A stretch of 63,490 bases of DNA, counting the filler, from Octopus bimaculoides (taxonomy: Eukaryota), in assembly GCF_001194135.2 (NCBI RefSeq). It is 7 parts of 6 records of this genome, joined end to end, with 100 filler letters (N's around TTAATTAATTAA, not from the genome) between each part and the next. Parts side by side here need not be neighbours in the genome. Positions count along the whole stretch, not along the records: positions 23,341 to 33,118 come from NC_068990.1; positions 33,219 to 39,563 come from NC_068989.1; 5 more parts are not named here. One strand, written 5' to 3'. The notes beneath the pieces are model-generated. The model was not told the origin of the DNA, made no database searches, and saw nothing but the letters and a program-made list of their open reading frames with translations. The position numbers and the translations under genes are program-made. The stretch's first letter is position 1. Every line of letters starts with the position of its first letter. Below, one piece after another: positions 23,961 to 36,380 of the stretch.

Positions 23961-24439
23961 GAAATAAATGTCACGGCGAGCTGGCAGAAACGTTAGCACA
24001 GCCACTCCTGCGCCTACATTATCTATATTTTTTAATTATCTAAATGAAAAATCCTCCCTGAAAGATTACAGGAATATAAAACCGTCATGCGCCTGTCAGC
24101 TATTTACAATGAGTGAATGGCAGCAAAACCATTGCGGTAGTTCCCACCCGGGTGGTCGGTCGTAGTAACACAAAACATCACAACCAATAAATGCGAGTTT
24201 TACATCCGGAATGGCAATTATTTTGACTCAAATATAAACAACTCTACAATTGATCTGGTTGAAATGCAATGCCCTCATAACAAAATTGATTTATGATAAA
24301 TCCATGGTTTCCTATTCTATTGCAGTATGCTGATGCAATATTGCACTCACTTGCACGCAATCAGACAGTTTTCACTTCACAAAACAACTTTGATATCTTT
24401 CAATAGGTGCAGCATCAAACATATGAAATTCAGTTTTTT

Positions 24440-24495
24440 CCCCACAAAATATCCGGGTAAAATAGGGGTGCGTCTTATACGTCAGCAAATAGGGT
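24440..24495 (-). mobile_element. Possible pogo/Tigger-like TIR end
   Basis: Seen: TA|CCCTATTTGCTGACGTATAAGACGCACC on the minus strand. Assignment is inference. Confidence 0.35.
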
Positions 24496-24801
24496 ATTTC
24501 ACTAATTTTGATCATCCCTGGATTGTATTACACTTAATAATTCACTGAGACACTCAATCAACATGTTTATAGAAAACTACGCCCACAAGATCCGTTGTTA
24601 CGACTAAAATCTATAATACAGGACCCCGGCAAAAGTATTGCTCTACTATTTCAAGGAGTTGAAAGGTGTTTACCTCTACGCGATCGGCTTAAAAAATTGT
24701 TAAGGCTCGAGGATATTTCCCTACTTTTTTAAGCATGAAATCAATGGTAGTCTTAATTCACAAATAAAGAAATTATATCGATCAATTGAGCACTCATCTT
24801 C

Positions 24802-24843
<42 letters not shown>

Positions 24844-25739
24844 ACCCGGATATACATAACCGCCTACACCCGGATATATCTCTGCAAACTCTTTCCTAGG
24901 TTGGGCTCTGCTGCCCAGCCCAAATCTTGAGGGTAACATGAAACGTGATTGTTTTCTCCAAGTGGTGCTATTAATTAGTTATGGTCTGAACCAATAATGC
25001 CCGAAGCTTATGTAAGAACCTCTGTGTCCGTATGTGTGTGTCCGTGTGTGTGTGTGTTGTTTTCATTTTATCATGGATAGAGAAAAACAGGCTTGCCATA
25101 AATTTCAAAATAAGAGAAAAATTAAATAAGGAGAGAACGAAATGTAAAAAAAAAAAGTGGCAAAACAATTCCATCGGATATCTGCTCCACATTCTATTTA
25201 ATCCTATAATATCTTTGATATTAATGTAGGAAGAATTATTTTCTTCAATATTAATGAAGTATTAATGTTTGTCAAAGCAAAAGATTAAAATTAATTTATG
25301 GTTGGAATTTGAGTGGCAAATTCATAAAGGAAATATGAAATAGGATATACACGCGTTTATATTAGGTTACACTTATATTGAATAGACGATAGGATACGTA
25401 CACCGATGTTTATTTAATCAAACACTAATTAACAGTCACTTCGATTCATAGAGAAGATGTAAAAAATTTAAAAAAACATAACTGACGATGTATGATTTTC
25501 TTAAAGCAAAGAAGGAACTTTGAAATGTTTTTGTTTTTTTCATACATAACAAATAAACATGTACAACTTTTAGAACTTTGTCATTTTATAAACTTTTGCT
25601 GGCAAATTTTAAAATTAACATAAACATTTACTTACATGAATGAAAATTACCGGAGAGCTTCCATCTAATTCTTCCAAATCTTTCTGTTAAAACTGTATTG
25701 AAACCATTTGTGGGGAATTTATTTTTACAAGGAACTAAT

Positions 25740-26304
25740 GGATCTTTTTTAAAACGGGGGCCACATTTTTCATTAACGAAACACTTTGAAACTTGGAACA
25801 CTGGTAGAATGTGTCATATAAAACATCTTTTTCTCTTAGTCTTCTTAAAAAAAAAAGAAATCCCTAAGTTATTCCATGTTAAAGCTGTCGTATTTCTGTA
25901 ATTTCAACCAATCACTGACGTCCATTCAGCCGATATACATTAAGTGCCGACTACATAAACAAACGATTCTGAAACAATTCTATCGGTGATAGGGTTAGGG
26001 TTAGGGTTAGGGTAAAACAGCAAATTTAAAAAGAAAAAAGAAAAACGAAGCAATGGAAATTAAATACGCTTTACACCGCTTAATCAGCCAAAGGAGTAAA
26101 TATAAACAACTGAATACTTGTCAGTGATTGGTTGAAATTATCGAAATAAGACAATTTTTTACATGAAATAAATTCGAATACAAAAATATTTTTCTGTTCT
26201 ATAACACAAAATAGATAAGTATACGAAGTTTGAAAGTCTTTCGGTACCAAAAACACTACGCAAAACATTAATGAAAAATGTGGCTCCCGTTTTAAAAAAG
26301 ATCC
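25740..26304. mobile_element. MITE-like element with long imperfect inverted arms and internal (TTAGGG)n
   Basis: Seen: 25740-25776 is inverse to 26268-26304; about 25871-25920 is inverse to about 26120-26170; TAGGG(TTAGGG)3 at 25990-26012. True outer ends not resolved. Confidence 0.65.
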
Positions 26305-27136
26305 GAACTAATTTGGAAAGATCGAAAGATATATTTAAGTGAAGTTTAAAAAAAATGATAATGGTACTGACGTGTTACCGTATGAGAACACCGAAATATA
26401 ATTGATGATGGAACCAAACCGGACAATATTAAACATTTGGTTCGTCTAAATATGTCGACTCTACCAATTTAGTTATTGCTCTTATATCTAGAAAGAATCA
26501 TTGGTGTGAAGGCGCGTGGTTTAGTGCTAAGTGGTTTGGTGGGTATTCGCAACTCTGTCGCGTGACTTTTAGAGGCCCCTTACTGCTTTTTGTTTCGAGA
26601 CCCCTTTCCTTCAATCAAAATTCATAATCTAGGCACCTCTTATTCATAACTATATTTTACTTTATTCTATCTGAAGTTCAATATTTCACGTTATCCTAAA
26701 GACCATCTTTAAAAGTACAACGAGTTAAATTTATTCAAGTCTTTTACAAATTTCAATAAGTAAAACTTCCAGATATGAAATAAAAGCGCATTTTTATAAT
26801 CCAGCCAACTTCCAAAGACAAACACGGCACATTTTTCACTTCACGAAATCATTGATCAGTTCAGAATAATCAAGCTAAGAGCTAAGTTCGTGTTCAATTG
26901 ATGTCAGAGACAATTCACAGAGTCTGCTACACGTTTGTAGTACAACGTAATAGTTTTACAAGATTTTTTGCAGGTACAATGTATTATCACCATTTTATTT
27001 CTTGAAATTTTCAGCTAAAATAATTTAATTTTTGTTCAATATCTTAACCAAAGTAAATAGATGACTCATCTACTTACTTTGATCTTAGCATGGGGGTCCT
27101 CAACTGCGGAGACCCTCTGCGACCGCAGAAGTTTCA

Positions 27137-27352
27137 GGGGCTTAGCAACGGCCCTGAGTATTCGGCTCCCGATCGTAAGGCGACTCGCTGTGTCTTTGAG
27201 CAAGACACTTTATTTCACGTTGCTCCACTTCACTCAGCTGGTAAAATTGTTCTGTACTTGTAATTCAAAGCTCGGCCTTGCCACATTCTGTGTTACGCTG
27301 GATCTCCCTGAGAACTACGTTAAGGGTACGTGCATCTGTGGAATACTCGGCC
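27137..27352 (+). mobile_element. SINE family A (further tail fragment at 27715-27850)
   Basis: Seen: CTTTGAGCAAGACACTTTATTTCACGTTGCTCC...GAGAACTACGTTAAGGGTAC. Confidence 0.75.
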
Positions 27353-28272
27353 CAATAGTAATTTAATGGTTGAAGGAAAAATACGAATTGGGAGTGAGTT
27401 CCAGAAGTATATCGTACTGAAGAAGAAGGACTGGGTTATTTGGTGGTTAGCGCAAAATCTAAGAATGGACACACTGGTGGCTTCCTGTCGGATCCCACTA
27501 TAGCAGTGTAAGTTCATGGTTCTTTTCTCGAGCACCACCACCACCACCACCACCACCCAAACACACATTATACCAACTCTTTTCTCGGTAAGTTTCTTTT
27601 TATACACGAATGACCTACATACGTCACGGATGAAACGTGAAATTGGTAGGACAAAAATTGTGCCGAATCCTGTCGGATTCATGGTACCTATGATTCAAAA
27701 AGATACAACTTTGTCGCACTGTGCCTCACAGATTCTGCTTGAGAATTACGTTAAGGGTACACACGTACGTGGAATACTCGGCCACTTCCATGTTAATTCA
27801 GGACCAGGTAAATCAGTTGATCGAACAATTGAATCTTCATCGACAAACGACGGAGATCCACCACCACCACTACCATCACCACCACTACCGCCACTACTGC
27901 CACCAAATAGTAACAGCAATAGGCATTAAGAAAACAGAACAATAATTAATATAAGTAATTAATTTTCACTGACGTATGTTTTATTTTTATAATTACCAAC
28001 TTACCCTGACGTATAATTGTAACTTATCCGTAAAGACTTTCATTTTCTTCAAGAATAACTTCAACTACATTTAAATTCTGGAAGGATATTAAGAGGGTCC
28101 CTGATGAAAATTGTCACAGGAGAACAATCTGGAATAGTTGTATCCATGAGAAAATATATATATTCAAAATGATGTTTTTAGATAATCTATATTTCTTAGT
28201 AAAAATATCTCAGAAGATCACGCAAACTCGTCTCAATATTCATGAAATCATTGAGATTCTGTATTTGCTATT

Positions 28273-29258
28273 TTAATATGGGGTAGGACCACCTTTGGCA
28301 GTAATTACAGCTTGAATTCTACGAGGTATGGACTCGTACAAACTTTGAATTGTTTCCAAAGGATTTTTTGTCCATTCTTCAGCTAAAACAGTCTCCAGTT
28401 CTTGTAGTGATGATGGTGGAAGATATTGACTCCTTACTTGTTTTTCTAAAATGCACCATAAATGTTCAATAATATTGAGATCTGGGGACTGTGGTGGCCA
28501 GATAAGATGTTCAACTTCACTAGAATGTTCCTCGTGCCATTCAGTAACAACTTTAGCTGTGTGAATTGGCGCATTATCATCCTGAAAGATTGCNNNNNNN
28601 NNNNNNNNNNNNNNNNNNNNNNNNNNNNNNNNNNNNNNNNNNNNNNNNNNNNNNNNNNNNNNNNNNNNNNNNNNNNNNGATCATCACAGATCCTCCTCCA
28701 TGTTTAACAGTTAGAAGAAGGTAGTCAGGGTCAAATGCTTCTTTTGGCTGTCTCCACACGTATACTCGGACGGTGGTCGGAAATAAGGTAAACGATGACT
28801 CGTCCGAGAAAATAACATTCTTCCACTGCTCTTGGGACCAATTCTGTAGGTTTTTACTCCACTCTAAACGCTTTGCAACATTTGCTTTTGAAAGTAGTGG
28901 TTTTCTGATTGCAGCCCTCCCGTGAAATCCGGCTTTGTGCAGTTCCCGGTGAACAGTTTTTTGTGGAAACTGGGTTCTCGAAGTGGTCATTAAGCTCTGC
29001 AGTAATTTTGGGAGCTGTACTTTTGTGATCCTTTCTAACAATTCGCGTAAGGGTCCGATGGTCCCTATCTGAAAGCTTTGGTTTTCTCTCGGAGTTTTGT
29101 TTCGACGAGGTGGTTTTTCCCTCTTTCCCAGAGGCTGTAATTACTTTCGAGACAGTACTTCTTGATACACAAAACATTTCGGCTGTTTTCGCTATGCTAG
29201 CGCCTGCTATTCGAGCACCAGCAATTTGACCTCTTTGAAAGTCCGATAGATCTGTCAT
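28273..29258 (-). pseudogene. Tc1-like transposase pseudogene, DD36E spacing
   Basis: Seen: MTDLSDFQRGQI HTH start, VIFSDESSF, TVKHGGGSVMI, FQDDNAPIH...WPPQSPDLNIIEHLW and end GGPTPY*. One frameshift and an N gap; TIRs not found. Confidence 0.92.
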
Positions 29259-29901
29259 TTTAATGAATTTTAATTACCTTCTTTTTTTTATATCAGAAAA
29301 GAAACGGCAATTTTAGCAAAACATTAAGAAACACTAATAATAAATAAAAAAAAACATAAAAACAAACAAGCTTTTGACGGTTGATAGTAATATACTAGGC
29401 CAGAGAAAGCTAGTAGTGTCGGTATATTCACTGGAGAAGGCATATTCTTGATTGGGTCTGCCCTCGACAGGTCAGGACGTCTTCCATTCTTATCTATGAT
29501 TTGACTAGGCAAAAAAATTCGCACTTCTCTTCACTGAGTGCGAAACCATAATCCTTAATTCTTTTAAAGACACACTTCATGTGTTCGATATGCTCATCCC
29601 GTGATTCACTTTTGATTAACATGTCATCAAAATAACGAATAGTAAATTGACAGCTTACTAATATCAGGTCCATCACCTGTTGAAATATTGCAGGTGTTAC
29701 CTTCAATCCAAAAGGTAGCCTATTGTATTTGTATAGAGCTCTGTGCCTGTTGACTGTTAACAGCTTTGAGCATTTTTTATCTACTTTGATTTGTAGATGT
29801 GCGTCAGACAGATCGAGTTTTGAAAATATTTTCCCTCCGCTTAGTTTTGTAAAAATATCTTGTGGGGTCGGTAGTGGATAATGGCTCGTTTTTAAACAGT
29901 C

Positions 29902-30287
29902 TGTAGTGACGTCATATTGGCGCCAAAAGGCATAGGCGCCATTGCTGAATCCTTAACCACGCATGCGTGGGTTTCAACATCGAAGCGTTCCCGCTATTAG
30001 ACTGTCTCTTACCAAGCCTGACAGCGACCAAGCAAGACGTCTAAGCAAGCTCTCCCATTTGAGTGTGGTTGAACCAAATTGTCTCTATAACGACACCAGC
30101 TCGAAGAACCGTACATCTACATTTCAGGCTACTCTAAAACCGGACAATTAGAAGCTGTTTTATTTTCCACCGTACAATAAATATTTGTTGTTGTTGATCA
30201 GTTTGGAGTTTCTGCGTTCAGTTCTCTTCCAATTTAACATAGGAAAGTTAGGTGTATATCTAAAGATATATAACCCACTCTCCTAAA
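29902..30287 (+). mobile_element. Solo LTR (386 bp) inserted in the Gypsy RT
   Basis: Seen: TGTAG start, CTAAA end (CTACA with one change), AGTC duplicated at 29898-29901 and 30288-30291, AATAAA at 30176. Removing it restores GLND-CLKT in the RT. Confidence 0.8.
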
Positions 30288-30850
30288 AGTCATTTAAACC
30301 GGTCAAAAAAATCGGCACACATTATATTTCAACACTCCATTTGAGTGATGAATAGATAAGTTTTATCACCGAATATGTTAGACAGTAATACTATTGTTTC
30401 TTTAAAAACAAATTTCATTGGGTGTTTTGGGAAATATGAAATTACAGTAACGTTCATGCTCTAACGGAGCTAATTTCCTCAATAACAATTTCACTTTCTG
30501 TTCGTCCGACCGTGATTTGCAATTTTGCTTTAAAAATCTCCTCGTACCTTCTGTAGTACGACGCTAAAGCTAAACTCTCCTCTGGGTTATAACTGAATTT
30601 ATTTATCGAATTTGAGACGTCGTCTGGCAAAAACGAAATTATCTCATTTTTGGACTTCTTTGAATACAGTTCCAATAATTGTTGTTGTAGTTGTTGCTGT
30701 AACAGTTACTTCTGCAACTCCTGTTGCTGCTCTTGTCGTTGCTTTTGCAACTGTACTATGGAAGCTAATAGGTTTTCCATTATTTAAGAAATTGTATCCC
30801 GAACAAGTTGTTAAATAACCTACGCAAGCTTCGAAACTTTCGTCACCAGA

Positions 30851-31100
30851 TGTTGTAACGTAGTTTGTTACATACGATAAAGAAGATAACCAGACAACAG
30901 TTAAAACAATGTAATGCACGAACAAATCTCTTTACGAACCAACGATCAATGTTCCTTGTAACTAACCAACTGACACCTTTTGACTTCGCTGTGAACTAAC
31001 ACGAACTTCACTCGACTCTGAACTCACTCGGATTGTTAATATTTATACTTTACTCAGACCAGTATATCTCTCACAAGGGGACGTTGTAATTCTCATCACA
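30851..31100 (-). repeat. Gypsy 5' LTR (250 bp) followed by a PBS
   Basis: Seen on minus: TGTGATG...TACAACA, then TCTGGTGACGA (PBS-like) upstream of gag. Confidence 0.75.
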
Positions 31101-31114
31101 GCAGAGACCATATT

Positions 31115-31910
31115 AGCAGTGGTGGAAGGAGTTCTGAAAGTGTGGTTGCTAGAATAAGAACTGGTTAGGCAAATCTCAGAGTGCTTCTGCCTTTGGTAAG
31201 TAAGGGCCTCTCTCTCAATGTAAAAGGCAGATTTTATGATGGGTGTATGTGTACAGCTATGCTACATGGCAATGAAACATGGACTATGACTACATTACTC
31301 ACTGGATGAGTAATGGCACTGTGCATGCATGACAGAGTGTAAATGATTTAAGACAAAACCTGGGTGTAAGAGGCATCAGGTGTTGTGTGCAAGAGAGAAG
31401 ACTGTACTGGTTTGGTCATGTGATTTGTTATGGATGAGGACAGCTGTGTAAAGAAGTGCTGAGCTCTAATTGTGGAGGGTACATGTGGAAGGGGTGGGAC
31501 AAAGTGGTAGGAAAGGATCTTTAGATGCTGGCCCTCACCGAGGAAATGACAAGGGACCAGGAGTTGTGGTGGTTTGCTGTATTTGATAAGATACATCAAG
31601 TTAAGTGAAATCACTGTCTTCCACAGATACAAGTTTTGTCATTTTGGGTGCTGGTGCCACATAAAAAGCACCTGTGCCAGTGGCACAGGAAAAGCACACA
31701 GCACACTGTTATGTGGTTGGTGTTAGGAAGGGCATTCAGCTGTAGAAACCAGGCCACAACAGATAATTAGAGTCTGAGCAGCTCCCAGCTGGCCAGCCCC
31801 AAGTCAAACCATCCAACCTATGCCAACAGGGAAAGTGGCTGTTAAATTATGACGACGACGACGACGACGACGATGATGATGATGATGATGATGACGACGA
31901 CGACGACGAT
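31115..31910 (+). mobile_element. RTE LINE 3' fragment, same family as 8633-11060
   Basis: Seen: VARIRTG...GLSLNVKGRFYD...LHGNETW-like coding, shared 3' UTR, (GAC/GAT)n tail at 31850-31910. Confidence 0.85.
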
Positions 31911-32263
31911 AACACTAGTGCAGACATGAAAAGAGACCAATAAAGTACCACACTTAGAAATACTGTAAGCCCTGGGGTCGATTTATTTTACTAAAGTCCT
32001 TCAAGGCAATGCTCCAGCATGTCCGAGTCCAGTGAGAAAAAACAAGTAAAAGATAAAATAAAATGTCAGCAATTTAATTTCTGTATGTAATTAACCAAAT
32101 GAGTAATGAGGTTTATCAGATTTGATAGTCTTTTAATTTGGTTTTAATGAAATGTTTTGGACATTTATTGGATTGTTCTGAGAAAATATATAAAAAATAA
32201 ACAGCAGTTGAAATGAAATGAAAAAGTATCTACAAAATCTGTCTGTAAGTTTTCTTCGGAAGC

Positions 32264-32350
32264 TTACATAATCTCTCTGGCTTTCCATAGTTTATAAAAC
32301 TTGGAATTTGATTTTTGCAATAACTCATTAGGGATTCCTTCTTCAACAAC
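32264..32350 (-). CDS. Probable terminal coding exon of an ABC transporter (ABCB/ABCC-type NBD C-terminus)
   Basis: Seen: acceptor cttattttcctttattccctacag; VVEEGIPNELLQKSNSKFYKLWKAREIM* (a gtaag donor also overlaps the end). Known: fits the (V/I)xExG-x-(H/P)xELL...(F/Y)xxLW motif after the NBD H-loop. Confidence 0.6.
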   Translation of the reverse strand, partial: VVEEGIPNELLQKSNSKFYKLWKAREIM

Positions 32351-33118
32351 CTGTAGGGAATAAAGGAAAATAAGGGTTTTGTAAAAGATATACACATGCA
32401 TATGTGAGTGTGTGTTAGTGAATATACAGATATTTATAAATACATATGTATTTATACATACATACATATATATATACATACATATGCATAGTTCATACAA
32501 AAACATTGTTGTCTGCCTAGTATAAATACTAAGAATTACTAATGAGAGTTACACAATCTCTGAAGATTTCACAATGCAATCTGGTACTAAAATTTTTCTT
32601 ATATAACTGATATTTATTTATTGTTAATGAGATACACGTAAGATGATGTAACTAAATACAATATAAACAAACTTGTTTTTCTTTTACTTTTTATGTTATC
32701 TGTAACTTATACAACTGAAAATTCCAACCAAATGAAATTTAAAGCTATGAGTTCTCCTCACAGTTTCTCTTTGAATACGAGGAATACACATAAAGTTCTA
32801 AATATTAGTTTTATGCCTTCAGATTTACATCTGAATTGCACTATATACTCTATGCTCTTGACTGGGGAAGGAAGCAAAGTAGTCTTCACTGAGGAGGAGT
32901 CAATAAACTATGAACCATTCATTCAGGCAATACCCTCACCCTTTCTTTCTGCATATCAATAATACAGAAAGAATGCATTTACATTTTATTTCACCCACAG
33001 GGAGGCTTTTAAATATTCAAATTTATAATAGTAAGTAAGGTTTATTTCTCCACAAAGTGTATAATACATTCATGTGTGTGTGTGTGTGTGAATATATATA
33101 TATATATATATATATATA

Positions 33119-33218
33119 NNNNNNNNNNNNNNNNNNNNNNNNNNNNNNNNNNNNNNNNNNNNTTAATTAATTAANNNNNNNNNNNNNNNNNNNNNNNNNN
33201 NNNNNNNNNNNNNNNNNN
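33119..33218. other. Artificial contig linker
   Basis: Seen: TTAATTAATTAA at 33163-33174 flanked by 44 N on each side. Confidence 0.95.
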
Positions 33219-33814
33219 AAGATCTTTTCTGCTGCTGTCACAAATTTTGGAATTGTAAAATTAAATGAAAATTTTCTAATTTGGTATATTGATGTTCTTT
33301 TTCACATTGAATCCGATTTCATTATTCATTTCTACTGGAAAAAGTTTAAGAAAATATTACAGAGGTTTAAAGTTTGATAATTTTAATCAATCAGAAAACA
33401 GGATTTGGAATTTAGCATTTTCTGCGCGATAACTGTCTATCACAACGACGAAATTTTAACCAAAATGAAAGCAATTACATGTCATATGAAGAGAGGGAGG
33501 TGGAGCATGCGTGAGAGATATACAGACAGAGAGTGATAAAGATTGTCGTAAATATATATACAGAGAGAGGAGAAGGCGTATAAGACAGAGAGAGCCAGAT
33601 AGTGACAGGCAAAGAATGGTTGATTCAATGATCTAAAAGTTGAATTATTTCTCGTAGAAAATTATCTTTTTACTCGTATTTACTGAAACTCTTGTCGTTG
33701 GGATGCAGATTTCGAAAAGCAAATCCGTTTTTCTTGAGCATGCACCGTTTAGGAGCCTTTCAGCGATATACCCACATACATACACCCATAGACTCTTATA
33801 TATAAAGTATATAT

Positions 33815-34029
33815 ACTCTTTTACTCTTTTACTTGTTTCAGTCATTTGACTACGGCCATGCTGGAGCAGCACCTTTAGTCGAACAAATCGACCCCAGGAC
33901 TTATTCTTTGCAAGCCTAATACCTATTCTATCGGTCTATTTTGCCGAACCGCTAAGTTACGGGGACGTAAACACCACCATCGGTTGTCAAGCGATGTTGG
34001 GAGGACAAACACAGACACACAAACACACT

Positions 34030-34109
<80 letters not shown>

Positions 34110-34270
34110 CGACGGGCTTCTTTCAGTTTCCGTCTACCAAATCCATTCACAAGGCTTTGGTCGGCCTGAGGATATAGAAGACACTTTCCCAAGGTGCCAC
34201 GCAGTGGGACTGAACCCGGAACCATATGGTTGGTCAGCAAGCTACTTACCACACACCCACTCCTGCGCAT
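33815..34270 (-). mobile_element. SINE family C, full length with internal (AC)/(AT) microsatellite
   Basis: Seen on minus: head GCGCAGGAGTGGGTGTGTGGTAAG...GGGTTCAGTCCC; tail TGACTGAAACAAGTAAAAGAGT. Confidence 0.88.
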
Positions 34271-35159
34271 TCATACATACATGTCAGTGAGAGTGGATGT
34301 GCTTGTGATGAACTTTTATCATATGCTTGAAATAGATGTTATAACGCACATACATATATATGAACATGAAAGAAATTCAGAAATAAACCAGGTAATCAAT
34401 TACATATAGTTTCTTCTCTTTTCAGAATATCAACCAAAATTAGACCTCTTCCTACCTTGTTCGTACGATAATTCAAAACTAGTTAAAAGTACCTGGTTAA
34501 TTGTGTGCAGGTTAATATATAACATTGAAAAGACTGCAATCCAATGCAACCATCCTGGTGAGGTGATATTCATAAAGAGTTAGGTAAGCATAATGTCTTG
34601 TGAGAGTGTAAACATAATTTTACTGCGAAATGTGTATTTTAAAAGTATTCATGCATATTTTCTTGTTTATAAGTCAATAAAATTCAGAAGGGAAAAATTT
34701 ACGTTTTATTTTAAAACTGGTAGACATAACAATCAATAAATGATTTATCGTTCAGATTATCGTCTCGTGTTTTGAGACAAACAAAGAGATAACGACTAGA
34801 TAACAGTTAATTAAGAAACCAAAGTAAAAACACTGGTGCACGGTTGTTGCCGCATAAAAATAAGAAGAGAGAGAAAATGTTTTGAGTTCTATATAAATAC
34901 CTAAAGTCGCTGACAGATTCCTGGTTTCCTATTGGTTCAAATTACACTTGGTGTAAAATAGTGAAGCACGAAAATATCGCCTGAAATGAGGTTGCTACAT
35001 ATAACTCCCTTTATTTTGATACGTAAGCTGCAATTGATAAGGTTCAATATAAATAAACAAATACAGAAAGCCGAATGATGCAAAATTACTTGCTGGAGTG
35101 AATGATGCCACTGGTGAGTGGTCGAAATGACTGACAAGCATGGTATGCACGCATTTCTC

Positions 35160-35398
35160 TTTTGTCTTTTACTTGTTTCAGTCATTTGATTGCAGCCATG
35201 CTGGGGTACCTTCTTAAAGAGATTTGGTCGAACAAATCGATAGTATTACACTTTGTAAGCCTAGTACTTATTCTATCGGTGTCTTAAGCCGAACCGCTAA
35301 GTTACGGGGACGTAAACACACCAACTTCAGTTGTCAAGCGCTGGCAGGAGACAAACACAGACATACAGATACATACACACAGATGTATACACACTCAC

Positions 35399-35447
<49 letters not shown>

Positions 35448-35980
35448 TTGAAAGCCTTTGTGAAAATCACTTAATACAGTTTTTAAGTATAAAGGAGATA
35501 TTTTTTCTTAAATTATTTTTNNNNNNNNNNNNNNNNNNNNNNNNNNNNNNNNNNNNNNNNNNNNNNNNNNNNNNNNNNNNNNNNNNNNNNNNNNNNNNNN
35601 NNNNNNNNNNNNNNNNNNNNNNNNNNNNNNNNNNNNNNNNNNNNNNNNNNNNNNNNNNNNNNNNNNNNNNNNNNNNNNNNNNNNNNNNNNNNNNNNNNNN
35701 NNNNNNNNNNNNNNNNNNNNNNNNNNNNNNNNNNNNNNNNNNNNNNNNNNNNNNNNNNNNNNNNNNNNNNNNNNNNNNNNNNNNNNNNNNNNNNNNNTAT
35801 ATATATATATATATGTGTACACGACGGGTTTCTTTCAGTTTCGGTCTACCAAATCCACTCACAAAGCTTTGGTCGACCCGAGGCTATAGCAGAAGACACT
35901 TGCTCAAAGTTCTACGCAGTGGGATTGAACCAGGAACTATGTGGTTGGGAAGTAAGCTTCATACCACACAGCCACGCATG
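35160..35980 (-). mobile_element. SINE family C pieces (tail 35160-35400, head 35815-35980) separated by microsatellite and gap
   Basis: Seen: homologous to 33815-34270. Confidence 0.75.
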
Positions 35981-36159
35981 CACTAGTTGCAAAGGTGGAT
36001 ATCTACATACCTGCATAAGATGCAGCTGTTTTTGCATAGGATGCATGTAAGTGTTTTTCTGTAATTTTGTCTGCTTCAAAAGAAAACAAACCAAAAAGCG
36101 GATGAAGTATGTCATAATTACCAGGGAATAACGATTTTGTCACCGGCACAAATTATTGT

Positions 36160-36380
36160 TGACAAAAACAGCAGTAACTGTATTCAGCTGAATAGACGTC
36201 AGTGATTGGTTGAAATTACAGAAATACGACAACTTTTAACATGAAATAACTTGCAATATAGAAAGTTTTGTTAAGAAGTCTAAGAGAAAAAGATGTTTTA
36301 TATGACACATTCTACCAGTATCCCAAGTTTGAAAGTGTTTCGTTAAGAAAACAAGTGTTGCCCGTCAAACCAAAAAGATC
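36160..36380 (-). mobile_element. Second copy of the MITE arm from 25770-25940, inverted
   Basis: Seen: GACGTCAGTGATTGGTTGAAATTACAGAAATACGAC...GACACATTCTACCAGT...AAAGTGTTTCGTTAA. Confidence 0.75.

Larger units (their letters stand above)
29375..31100 (-). mobile_element. Internally deleted Ty3/Gypsy LTR retrotransposon (5' LTR, PBS, gag start, RT)
   Basis: Seen: gag KFSYNPEE...YYRRYEEIF; RT CADF-TGLND/DCLKTSHYPLPTPQDIF, FSKLDLSDAH, LPFGLKVTPAIFQQVMD, YFDDMLI, GQIIDKNGRRPD. The 3' half is missing. Confidence 0.9.

Noticed and set aside
34380-34584. Plus-strand exon pair with a strong acceptor at 34425
   Set aside because: The implied intron is only 34 nt, and the 53-codon frame resembles nothing I recognise.
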